The notes below the pieces were generated by a model, which had not been told where the DNA came from, made no database searches, and worked only from the letters and a program-made list of their open reading frames with translations. A program made the position numbers and the translations under genes. DNA of 64,000 nucleotides, taken from NCBI GenBank assembly GCA_002104945.1, contig MCFH01000062.1:124001-188000 (forward strand), written 5' to 3'. Below are positions 34,813 to 46,500 of this stretch, piece by piece. The first letter of the stretch is position 1. The number at the start of each line of letters is the position of its first letter. The DNA comes from Piromyces finnis finn. Taxonomy: Eukaryota; Fungi; Neocallimastigomycota.

Positions 34813-36097
34813 TAGATTTTCTTTAAGAATATCTTATTTATATATTCAAACATTCTTGGACCAGGTAAATCTTTAGTTAAAGGGTAAAGGGTCAGCTAGC
34901 ATTTCTTTAGTGTTTATGTATTCAATTTTTATATTATTCTTTTCTATGTTGTCTATGATAAAGTGATAGTGTATATTTATGTGTTTTAGCTTATTTCACC
35001 GTTTTCTATTATTTTCTTGCCTGCCTTGTTATCGGTGAATAAAGTTATATTTTTGCTGTAATTAAAAATTTCATCTACCATGTTTTTGATCCATAAGATT
35101 TTCTTTGTATCCATTGACGTACTGATGTACTAAGCCTCAGCGGTAGATGTAGCTACACAAGTTTGTTTCTTGGATAACCAGCATATTGGACTGTTTCCCA
35201 TTAGAATTATTCCTCAAGAGGTAAATTTAAAGTCTTCTGCGCCTCCGTAGTCCGAATCAGTGTATCCTTGGATTTTTCTTTCCCCACTGTATTCGATTTT
35301 GTAATGCTTGGTGGTAGATAAGTATCTGAATATATTTACAATTGTGTTCCAGTCAGATACTGTTGGGCTTTCGGATTTTCTTGCCGCTTTTTTTACTGCA
35401 AACGCAATATCCGGTCTTGTACATTTTGTCAAGTATATAAATGCACCGATTGCACTTTTATATTTGGTTTTATCAAATGGATTATTATTTGAGGTGCTCT
35501 TGTCAATTGTTGTACATGGCGTATTTCTTCTACGTACGTTTTCCATATGAAATCTTTGTAATACATCATTAATGTAATTCTTTTTAATGGTTTAAAGTTA
35601 TTATTTTTCAGGAATTTATCTATTGTTTTGTTCCATTGTCTTCCTGATTGTTTTAAACCATAGAGAGCTTTATTCAGCTTCCAGTATCTTCCCCCAAAGT
35701 TGCTATCTCCAAGCAGAATTGTAATATAGATATCCGTATCAAAAAGAGCATTGAGGTAGGCAGCTTTAATATCAAGCTGATATATATTCCACTTAAATTT
35801 TGCTGCAATAGCAATAATAAATTTTAGACTGTCAATATTTAAAATAGGAGAATAGGTCAAGTCAAAATCAATACCCTATTTTTGACGGAAACCTCTAGCG
35901 ACAAGTCTAGCTTTAAAACGTACTATTTTATTATTGCTGTCCCTTTTAATAGAAAAAACCTATTTAGTAGATATAATGTTTTTATTTTTTTTGGATATTT
36001 TTAACCAGGGATATAATCTTGTTTGAATACAGATTATTTAATTCATCTTGAATGGCAGCTTTCCATTATTTCGAATTCGTAAAAGTACAAGACATAG
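34813..36097 (-). pseudogene. Copia RT-RNase H pseudogene
   Basis: WKAAIQDELNNL, RFKARLVARGF, YQLDIKAAYLNA, LNKALYGLKQSGRQW, CTRPDIAFAV, YTDSDYGG, WLSKKQTCVATSTAEA*Y, EMLADP. Several stops and frameshifts. Confidence 0.9.
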
Positions 36098-36444
36098 TGT
36101 AACGCTTCTTAGTTTAATTTTTTATTAATTAAGAAGCTTTGTTGATTCAACAGGTTTACACCCAAGAAAATAATTTATTTTGAAAAAATATATTTTGTTG
36201 ATTTTATTTTTTTCTTTTTATTAATTTTGTTTGTTAATAAAAACACAAAAGAAAAATTTTATATATTTTTTAATTTTATATCTATTTATATTTTTTCAAT
36301 ATTTAAATAATCCAATCAAAAAAATATATAATTATAAATCTTTAATTTGATTTGATTAAATAATTTAATTAATAAAATCTAAGAAAAATAATGAAACATT
36401 AATTATGTAAAACAATTACTAATTAATTTTGTTGGAAACAGTAT

Positions 36445-36498
36445 GAATCGAACCTATGATATTTTGATTCATAATCTTAGTACTCTACGACTAGGACA
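36445..36498 (-). promoter_or_regulatory. tRNA-derived A-box/B-box module in the K LTR
   Basis: Minus strand reads TGTCCTAGTCG, about 33 nt, then GGTTCGATTC (near-consensus B-box). Confidence 0.65.
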
Positions 36499-37346
36499 AA
36501 TTTCTAAATTTAATAATAATGTGTAAGAATTAATAATTATTTATTGAATAATTATTAATTCTTATTTAATTATTTTTTTAATTATTAAATTAATTAATTA
36601 TTTAAATTATTAGCATACATTCATTTAAATTACTATAAACAGTTATTTATATTAATATTAATTATTCATTTACTAAATGTAAAATTTATTTAATTATTAT
36701 ATTAATTAATTATTTATTTAATTTAGTAATTTATCTAAAATAATAGTAAACATTCATTTATTCTATTATTTAATAATTTTTGTATTACATTTTATAAGAA
36801 ACATTATGTATTTTATTTTACGTTTGTATTTTATATTTATGTATCGTATCTTGAAATAACTTATAGAAACAACTAGAAGATATAAATAAATATTAGGGCA
36901 ATCGGATATTAAGGTTTTTCCGAATTTTATTCGGTTTTACTTAATATTACGATGATTGATATATTAGTTATCAATCGAATATCTTTTTAGGTTTTTCTTC
37001 TAGTCTTTTCCTAAAAAGATTATTTGTTAAGATTAGAAATTTTTTATTAAACTTTAAATTATTAAAAAATTATAAATAAAAGAACTCTGGAATACCACTT
37101 AAAAATCCAGAGTTATTATTATAAGAACTATTATAATAAATAACCTTTACTAAAACAATATTAATAAAATATTTTAAATTAATTAACATTAAAAGTTTTG
37201 TGTTGTTTATTATACTTCCTTATAATAAACTCTTATTAAGATAAGTATAAAATTTTATTTTAACTTCTCAGTTTAATAATACTAATTATTATTAAATTGA
37301 AGATAATAATTATTATTATATAATATATATAATAATAATTATTACA

Positions 37347-37357
37347 ATAATAACTCT
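37347..37357 (+). promoter_or_regulatory. Self-priming-type PBS of element C
   Basis: ATAATAACTCT is the reverse complement of AGAGTTATTAT at 37109-37119 in the LTR. Confidence 0.8.
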
Positions 37358-37526
37358 CCTACATCAGATTGTTTAATAATTATTATTTTATTGGCATTAG
37401 AATTTCAATTCACAATATAAAATTTTGCAAAAAATAAATAAATACAATATATTAATAATTAATAATACATAAAAAAAAAATTTACCAATAAGAAAAAAAT
37501 ATATATATATATATTACCAATCAATA

Positions 37527-37561
<35 letters not shown>

Positions 37562-37818
37562 TTTTTTTTTTTACCAATCAATATATAAAAAAAAAAAAAA
37601 AAAAAATTGATAATAATAGTAATAATAATAGATAACAATAATAACAATAACAAAAGATATATAAACTGTATTATATTATAAAATATCAATATTTTCACAA
37701 ATAAGATATACTACAATACTACAGTATTAGTAAAAAAAAAATATAATAATAATATCAATAAATAATATTTTATTCTACACTGATCTTATTTTATTTTTAT
37801 AATTTAAAAATAGATAAT

Positions 37819-40800
37819 ATGGAATTCAATAGTAATAGTCAAGACATACAAGAAAATACTCCAAGGAGCGATAAGGCAACTGTTGAAACTTCCAAATTAA
37901 TAGCTACCCTAACAGATATTCTACCAGCATTCCTCTCGCCTAATGGGATTCTTGCAAAAGAATCAGAAACTCAAGACGCGCCTAACTTATTGGAAATTAT
38001 TGCTCAGAGTGAGGATTTCTTCGCAGAACATCCTAACTCTTTCTTGAGCGACGACAATAAGAGTTCCTTCATCATAAACAAGTTACATGGAACCACAAGG
38101 AAATGGGGGCTATCTCTATTAGCCGATGGAACTCTGAAGAATCTAAGTTATGATAATTTTAAGGAACTACTTTTAAGGAACTTTGATGGAGGGGATAGCA
38201 GAAAAGAAAAATATGTTCTCATGGAAAAGCTATGGAAGTTAAAGCAGCAACAGTTGGGGAAAGTAACTGACTACACTATTGAATTCCGCCGCATCGCAAG
38301 TAGGATAGGATGGCAAGACGAAGTTTTCATTGATATTATTGGAAAGGGCCTACTAGATCGAGTCCGCGAAGAGTATGACAAGATTGAAAAACCAAGAACC
38401 TTGTTTGAGGCTACCAATGCTATCATAGGTATCGATAGGAAATGCTACTTAGAAAGTTATATCAGACACAAACCAAGTAAAATTCATGGAAAACATCATA
38501 AATCTTTTGGAAGGAAAAAGCACGACTTAACTAAAGTTGAGAATAAGTTTACATCGTTCAACCAAAGAAAGGGCAAGACTAAGAGTGAAATTTTATCAGC
38601 AAATTACACTCCTAATAACAAAACCTCAATGACAACTGTTTTCACTATTCACATAAAGGGAAAAGTCATCAAATGTAATTTTTTGATTGACTCAGGATCT
38701 GCGAAAAGCTTTATCTGCCGAACCTTTGCTACCAACAACAAATTACCAACTTCAGGTCTCACCTCTCCCATCAATATTCAGCTTCCCAACAGTAAAAACA
38801 TGACCATCAGACATGTTACTACCCCTTTGAAGCTCAAGTTAATGGATCATGTTGAGGATTACGAATTTTTTATTGGTAATCTTCAACTTCACGGCATCTG
38901 TGGAATTCTAGGAAGGGATTGGCTTGCAATTCATAATCCTTATATTAATTTTAAAACAAATAAAATATATTTCTTGGATTATTATTGCAAAGATCATTGT
39001 AAGTCTTGTAGAGGTAATAAATTTGTTTTTAAATCAAAAGATGTTACAGCTACAATGGTTTATAATGAAAACTGTATTAACGACTCTATTATCCCGGAGA
39101 ATATCACAGAAGAAGAAATCCAAGACCACAACTACAACTGGTGCAACGCTATGATAGAGATGGGAACTATCATAGATGGGAAGGCTACCGAGGATGCAAC
39201 CATCAGCAAAGCTCTAGCCAAAGAAGACATTATAAAGAAGTACTACTCTAATTTAATGAAGGTGTTCGAAAAGACAGAAGCCGACAAACTTCCACCTCAT
39301 CGAGTTTATGACATTTCGATTGACTTAATACCAAATAGTCAATTATACTTTGGTCCAATATATTCATTAACAGTTGTCGAGTTAGAAACCTTAAAAAAAT
39401 ATATTAATGAAAATCTTGAAAAGGGTTTCATTCGAAAGTCCAAGTCACCAGCCGGTGCTCCTGTCTTGTTCGTGAAAAAACATGACGGATCCCTTCGACT
39501 ATGTGTAGACTACCGACGTTTGAACGCAGTTACCATCAGGAACAGCTACCCCCTTCCAAAGATTAATGATTTGATTGAATCATTCAAAAGTGCTTCAATC
39601 TTTACTAGGCTCGATCTTAGATCAGCCTATAATTTGGTTCGTGTCAAGGAAGGCCACGAATATTTAACTGCTTTCCGAACTCCGCTTGGACATTATGAAT
39701 ATCTTGTAATGCCCTTCGGTCTTCGTAACGCACCTTCGGTCTTTCAAAGATTCATACAAGATGTGCTTACAGATGTTATCGGTTCTTATGCTCAAGTCTA
39801 TTTAGATGATATAATTATTTATTCAAAAAATATAGACGAGCATATCAAGCATGTCAAGAAAATACTTCAACTCCTTATCGATAATGGCCTCTATGTGAAA
39901 CTCGAAAAATGCGATTTTCACGTTAAGTCAACTACATTCTTAGGATTCAATGTCTCTCCAAATGGCCTTACAATGGATCCTAACAAGGTGAAATCAATCT
40001 TGGATTGGCCAACGCCAAAAAACTTAAAAGAACTCCAGAGTTTTTTGGGTTTATGCAACTTTTACAGAAAGTTCATAAAAAACTTTGCCGAAATAATGGA
40101 ACCTCTTCGTAGACTACTAAAAGGTAACTCTGTTTTCAATTGGGATACTCAAGCTGAACGGTCCTTCAATCTACTTAAACAGGCTTTTAAAAATGACGAA
40201 TTACTTATCTTTCCAAATCCAGACAAAGAATTCGTAGTTGAATCAGACGCAAGTGACTTTGCGTTAGGATGCGTTCTCTCACAAATTAGCGATAAAGATA
40301 ATATGTTACATCCTGTAGCATTTTACTCAAGATCTTTGAACAAAGCTGAAGCTAACTACACTATCTATGATAAGGAGCTTCTTGCTGTTATTACTGCCTT
40401 TGATGTATGGAGACATCATTTAGAAGGCGCAAAGTTCCCAATTCAAGTTATCACCGATCACAAAAATCTACTCTATTGGAAAAAGCCTCAACGTCTTAAT
40501 CAGAGACAAATCCGCTGGGGCATGTTCTTGTCAAAATTTGATTATAGAATTTCTTTCAGACCCGGTGCTAGAAGTGGGAAGCCTGACTCGCTCTCAAGAA
40601 GGCCAGATTACAAACCAAATGAATATAAATCTAATGAATATATCATTCCTGAAAAGAATATTTGCTGTGCCACAAGAGATAATATTAATAATCTTATTGA
40701 GTCACAGAGGTCTGATAAATATTGTAGAAACATCCTTTCCAAAATCAAATCAGGGACTGAAATAAAAAGTGCCTTGTTCAAAATCGTCGACGGTGTTCTC

Positions 40801-41904
40801 CATTTTCAAAACCGTATATTAGTGCCATCTGCGTTGAAAGGAAACATATTAAAATCCTTTCATGATACTCCTACAAATGGTCACCAGGGTATTGACAAAA
40901 CGCTTGAAAAACTTAAACGTTACTACTGGTGGCCTAATATGAAAAATGATGTTAGAAATTTTGTCCTTTCATGTAAAACTTGTGGAAAGAACAAAATAAG
41001 AAGACATAAACCATATGGTAAGATTCAACCTCTCCCTGTTCCTAACAAGCCATGGGAAATAATAGGTGTAGACTTCATTGTCTACCTTCCAAGCTCTCAG
41101 GACTGCTCTTGTATTATGGTTGTATCGGATCATTTTACTAAAATGGTTCATTTAATTCCCTGCTCCGACGTACCCTCTGCTGACCTAACAGCTAAACTTT
41201 TGTTATTCAATGTATTTCGCTACCATGGATTTCCTAAGGTAATAGTTTCGGATCACGGTACCCAGTTTTCCTCCGAATATTGGACTTCGCTTTGTTCGGC
41301 CTTGCATGTAAAGCCTCGACTTGCTACAGCTCACCATCAACAGTCAAATGGACAAGTCGAGAGAGCCAACTCAGTGATTGAACAATATCTTCGCTGTTAC
41401 TGTTCTTCGGCACAACATGAATGGTTTTCTTATCTTCCCTTATGTGAGTTAGCTTATAACAATTCTCTTCACAAGTCTATAGGAATGTCGCCATTTTTCG
41501 CCAATTATGGGTTCCATCCGGAATGTAATATTGATTCTCCCCCGATTCTACTTAAGGATAACGCTTCATCTCTTACTAGAGATTGGTCGTCCCATTTTAA
41601 TGCCTTAAAAAAACAACTAAATCAAGCTAAAGAAGACTTCAAGAAGTATGGAGATAATCACAAATCCACGGGTCCAGAGCTTAAGGTCAATGATATGGTT
41701 TGGCTCAAGCGCCATTATTTTACTAATGAACCTGCTAAGAAGCTAGCTTCTCAATATTTAGGACCATTCCGCATTTCTGAAAAGAGGGAACGTATGAATT
41801 ACAGGCTTGAATTACCAGAAAATCTTAACATTCATCCTGTATTTCATATTTCACAATTGGAACCTTATACGAGTAGAAATCCTGAACTAAAGGAACATTT
41901 ATAA
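37819..41904 (+). CDS. Gag-Pol of element C (no Gag CCHC, no chromodomain)
   Basis: LIDSGS, LDLRSAY, YLDDIIIYS, ESDAS, HDTPTNGHQG...CKTC, GVDFIVYLP, SDHGTQF, GQVERAN. Ends right after HPVFHISQLEPY. Confidence 0.95.
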   Translation: MEFNSNSQDIQENTPRSDKATVETSKLIATLTDILPAFLSPNGILAKESETQDAPNLLEIIAQSEDFFAEHPNSFLSDDNKSSFIINKLHGTTRKWGLSLLADGTLKNLSYDNFKELLLRNFDGGDSRKEKYVLMEKLWKLKQQQLGKVTDYTIEFRRIASRIGWQDEVFIDIIGKGLLDRVREEYDKIEKPRTLFEATNAIIGIDRKCYLESYIRHKPSKIHGKHHKSFGRKKHDLTKVENKFTSFNQRKGKTKSEILSANYTPNNKTSMTTVFTIHIKGKVIKCNFLIDSGSAKSFICRTFATNNKLPTSGLTSPINIQLPNSKNMTIRHVTTPLKLKLMDHVEDYEFFIGNLQLHGICGILGRDWLAIHNPYINFKTNKIYFLDYYCKDHCKSCRGNKFVFKSKDVTATMVYNENCINDSIIPENITEEEIQDHNYNWCNAMIEMGTIIDGKATEDATISKALAKEDIIKKYYSNLMKVFEKTEADKLPPHRVYDISIDLIPNSQLYFGPIYSLTVVELETLKKYINENLEKGFIRKSKSPAGAPVLFVKKHDGSLRLCVDYRRLNAVTIRNSYPLPKINDLIESFKSASIFTRLDLRSAYNLVRVKEGHEYLTAFRTPLGHYEYLVMPFGLRNAPSVFQRFIQDVLTDVIGSYAQVYLDDIIIYSKNIDEHIKHVKKILQLLIDNGLYVKLEKCDFHVKSTTFLGFNVSPNGLTMDPNKVKSILDWPTPKNLKELQSFLGLCNFYRKFIKNFAEIMEPLRRLLKGNSVFNWDTQAERSFNLLKQAFKNDELLIFPNPDKEFVVESDASDFALGCVLSQISDKDNMLHPVAFYSRSLNKAEANYTIYDKELLAVITAFDVWRHHLEGAKFPIQVITDHKNLLYWKKPQRLNQRQIRWGMFLSKFDYRISFRPGARSGKPDSLSRRPDYKPNEYKSNEYIIPEKNICCATRDNINNLIESQRSDKYCRNILSKIKSGTEIKSALFKIVDGVLHFQNRILVPSALKGNILKSFHDTPTNGHQGIDKTLEKLKRYYWWPNMKNDVRNFVLSCKTCGKNKIRRHKPYGKIQPLPVPNKPWEIIGVDFIVYLPSSQDCSCIMVVSDHFTKMVHLIPCSDVPSADLTAKLLLFNVFRYHGFPKVIVSDHGTQFSSEYWTSLCSALHVKPRLATAHHQQSNGQVERANSVIEQYLRCYCSSAQHEWFSYLPLCELAYNNSLHKSIGMSPFFANYGFHPECNIDSPPILLKDNASSLTRDWSSHFNALKKQLNQAKEDFKKYGDNHKSTGPELKVNDMVWLKRHYFTNEPAKKLASQYLGPFRISEKRERMNYRLELPENLNIHPVFHISQLEPYTSRNPELKEHL

Positions 41905-43598
41905 AGGGAGCAATGTAAGAATTAATAATTATTTATTGAATAATTATTAATTCTTATTTAATTATTTTTTTAATTATTAAATTAATTAATTATTTAAATT
42001 ATTAGCATACATTCATTTAAATTACTATAAACAGTTATTTATATTAATATTAATTATTCATTTACTAAATGTAAAATTTATTTAATTATTATATTAATTA
42101 ATTATTTATTTAATTTAGTAATTTATCTAAAATAATAGTAAACATTCATTTATTCTATTATTTAATAATTTTTGTATTACATTTTATAAGAAACATTATG
42201 TATTTTATTTTACGTTTGTATTTTATATTTATGTATCGTATCTTGAAATAACTTATAGAAACAACTAGAAGATATAAATAAATATTAGGACAATCGGATA
42301 TTAAGGTTTTTCCGAATTTTATTCGGTTTTACTTAATATTACGATGATTGATATATTAGTTATCAATCGAATATCTTTTTAGGTTTTTCTTCTAGTCTTT
42401 TCCTAAAAAGATTATTTGTTAAGATTAGAAATTTTTTATTAAACTTTAAATTATTAAAAAATTATAAATAAAAGAACTCTGGAATACCACTTAAAAATCC
42501 AGAGTTATTATTATAAGAACTATTATAATAAATAACCTTTACTAAAACAATATTAATAAAATATTTTAAATTAATTAACATTAAAAGTTTTGTGTTGTTT
42601 ATTATACTTCCTTATAATAAACTCTTATTAAGATAAGTATAAAATTTTATTTTAACTTCTCAGTTTAATAATACTAATTATTATTAAATTGAAGATAATA
42701 ATTATTATTATATAATATATATAATAATAATTATTACATAAACTGTAATAATTATTATATATTTAATAATAATTATTATCTACAATATAATAATACAAAT
42801 CGTAATATGTATTATTAAATTGAGAAGTTTCTTAATAGTAAATAAAAATGAATACTTATCTTAAAGAGTTTATTATAAGTGAATTATAATAACAAACACA
42901 AAATATTAAGACTATCTTTAATGTAAATATTTTTTATGAATATAGTTTTTGAAAGGGTTATTTATTATAATTGTCTTAAAATAATAACTCTGGATTCTTT
43001 AGTGGAATTCCAGAGTCCTTATATTTATAATTTTTTGATAATTAAAGTTTAATAAAAAATTTCTAATCTTAACAAATAATCTTTTTAGGAAAAGACTAGA
43101 AGAAAAACCTAAAAAGATATTCGATTGATAACTAATATATCAATCATCGTAATATTAAGTAAAACCGATTAAAATTCGGAAAAACCTTAATATCCGATTG
43201 TCCTAATATGTATTTATATTTTCTAACTGTTTCTATAAGTTATTTCAAGATACGATACATAAATATAAAATACAAACGTAAAATAAAATATATAATGTTT
43301 CTTATAAAATGTAATACAAAAATTATTAATTAAAAAATAAATGAATGTTTACTATTATTTTAAATATATTACTAAATTAAATAAATAAATAATTAATATA
43401 GTAATTAAATAAATTTTAAATTAAGTAAATGAATAATTAATATCAATATAGATAAATGTTTATAGTAATTTAAATGAATGTATGCTAATAGTTTAAATAA
43501 ATAATTAATTTAATAATTAAAAAATAATTAAATAAGAATTAATTTATACAAAAAATAATTATTAATTCTTACATTGCTCCCTTTTAAAAAAAACATTG

Positions 43599-46500
43599 TT
43601 ATTCCAGTTCTGGATTTCTCTTTGTGTAAGGTTCCAATTGTGAGATATGAAATACCGGATGAATATGTAGGTTTTCAGGTAATTCAAGCCGGTAATTCAT
43701 TCTATTTCTCTCCTCGACGATTTTAAAAGGACCAAGATATTGAGATGAAAGTTTTTTAGCGGGTTCGTTGGTAAAGTAGTATCTTTTCAACCATACTAGA
43801 TCATCAACTTTAAATTTTGGCCCACTCAATTTCCTGTAATCACCGTATTTTTTAAAATCTTCTTTTGCCTTATTTAAGTGTTGTTGTAGAGCATTGAAAT
43901 GAGACGACCAGTCTCTAGTGAGATTCGAAGCATTGTCCTTGAGTAACGATGGAGGTGATTCAATAACAAAATTTGGGTGAAACCCATAATTGGCAAAAAA
44001 CGGTGATATGCCTAAGGATTTGTGAAGTGAGTTATTGTACGCAAGTTCACAGAGAGGTAGATAGAAACACCAATCACTTTGAGCAGAGGAGCAGTAGCAT
44101 CTAAGATATTGTTCTATGACCGAATTTATCCTTTCAATCTGGCCATTTGACTGTTGGTGATGGGCTGTGGCTAATCTTGGTTTTATATGTAGAGATGAAC
44201 ATAAAGATGTCCAAAATTCTGAGGAAAATTGGGAACCGTGATCAGAAATGATCATGTTCGGAAATCCATGGTAACGGAACACATTAAGTAAAAGGAGTTT
44301 GGCAGTAAGGTCGGCAGAAGGGACATCAGCACAAGGCACTAAGTGAACCATTTTTGTTAAATGGTCAGCAGTTACCATGATACATGTGCAATTTTGCGAA
44401 CTAGGTAGATAGACAATAAAATCTACACCAATAACTTCCCAAGGTTTATTTGGAATGGGCAGTGGCAGGATTTTCCCATACGGTTTGTGCCTGCGGGTCT
44501 TACATCTACAACATATATCGCATGAAAGGACATAATTTATAACGTCCTTTTTCAAATTTGGCCACCAATAGTAACGTTTAATTTTTTCTATGGTCTTATC
44601 AATCCCTTGATGGCCATTAATTGGTGAATCATGGAATGACTTAAGTATTTTTGCCTTGAGAGGTGAGGGAACGATAATACGATTTTGAAAATGGAGCACA
44701 CCATTGATGACGGTGAAAAGAGAACTTTTGACCTTGCCAGAGTTGTCTTTAATTTTTTGAAAAGTTTCCTTGCAAAATTTATCTGTTTTTTGGAATTGAA
44801 TTAAATGACTAATGTTATCATCTGTAGTACAGCAAAACACATCATCTTCAATTATTCTATGGCAGTCGTTATCATGCTTTATCTTGTAGTCTGATCTCCT
44901 TGATAAGGAGTCAGGTTTTCCACCCCTGGAACCAGGTCTATAAGAGATTCTATAGTCAAATCTTGATAGAAACATGCTCCAGCGGATTTGTCTTTGACTT
45001 AATAGTTGTGGTTTTTTGAAGTATAAAAGGTTTCTATGATCAGTAATAACTTGGACAGGAAATTTAGCACCCTCTAAGTGGTGCCTCCATGTATCGAACG
45101 CGGTAATAATGGCAAGGAGTTCCTTGTCATATATGGTGTAGTTACACTCAGCGTTATTTAATGAACGAGAATAAAATGCAATGGGGTGTAAGAGATTATC
45201 ATTATTACTTACCTGTGAAAGGATACATCCTATTGCAAAATCACTGGCGTCTGTTTCTACCACAAATTCCTTCTCTGGATCAGGAAAAATGAGTATTTCA
45301 TTAGTTAAAAAGGATTCTTTGAGCTTTGAAAAAGCAGTAGCAGCGATATTATCCCAATTAAACACAGAATTTTTTCTCAAGAGTTTGCGAAGTGGGTCCA
45401 TTTTTTCAGCAAAATTTTTTATAAACCTTCTGTAGAAATTACAGAGTCCTAGAAAGCTTTGAAGTTCTTTAATGTTTTTTGGTGTAGGCCATTCTAATAT
45501 AGATTTCACTTTGTTTTTATCCATTAGGAGTCCATTAGTAGAGACAGTAAAGCCTAAAAAGGTGGTTTCCTTTACGTGAAAATCGCACTTTTCTAATTTT
45601 ACATATAACCCATTATCGATTAAGGCTTTAAGAATTGTTCGAACATGACTAACATGATCCTTAAGGTTAGGAGAATATATTATAATGTCGTCCAAGTACA
45701 CCTGGGCAAATGAACCTAAAACTTCCGCGAGAACATCTTGTATGAATCTTTGAAAAACGGATGGTGCATTACGAAGACCAAAGGGCATCACAAGATATTC
45801 GTAATGACCGATAGGAGTTCTAAAAGCCGTGAGATATTCATGGCCTTCTTTAATACGTACAAGGTTGTACGCAGATCTTAAATCCAATCTGGTAAATATT
45901 GAAGCGCCTTTGAAAGATTCAATCATATCGTTTATTCTAGGAATAGGGTAACTGTTTCTAACTGTAATTGCGTTTAGTCGACGATAATCGACACATAAAC
46001 GAAGGCTTCCATCATGTTTCTTTACAAAAAGTACAGGAGCTCCGGCTGGTGACTTCGACTTCCGAATAAAGCCTTTGTTCAAATTCTCATTGACATATTC
46101 TCTTAAAGTTTTTTGTTCATCGATCGTAAGAGAATATATCGGACCAAAATATAACTGTCCACCTGGAATTAAGTCTATGGACATATCGTAGTCCCTATGA
46201 GGGGGGAGTACGTCGGCCTTTTGCTTCTGAAACACTGTCGTCAAGTCATAATAATATTTTTTTAGGATTTGAATATTATTATTTTCAGCATTATCTTGAA
46301 AGCTGTCTAATTCTAAGATAGTAGCACAAACATCCTGGTCGTACAGTTCGTTTTCAGAGATTGAATCCGGGATAATTGAGTCATTATTCAAACTATTTAC
46401 CATAGGAGCGGAGATTTCATCAGAATGGTATACAAACTTATTGCCTTTTGCTGAAGGACAGTGTTTACCGCAGTACTTCTCCAAAAAGTATATTTTGTTA

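Larger units (their letters stand above)
36522..42738 (+). mobile_element. Full-length Ty3/Gypsy element C (825-bp LTRs 36522-37346 and 41914-42738; no matching TSD)
   Basis: LTRs near-identical (one substitution noticed). PPT AAAGGGAGCAA. Intact ORF. Flanks TAATG and TAAAC do not match. Confidence 0.93.

Noticed and set aside
34813-36097. RIP-like hypermutation in the Copia and LINE relics
   Set aside because: Only a few TGG-to-stop changes are seen; young LTR pairs and long ORFs are intact; no dinucleotide statistics were computed.
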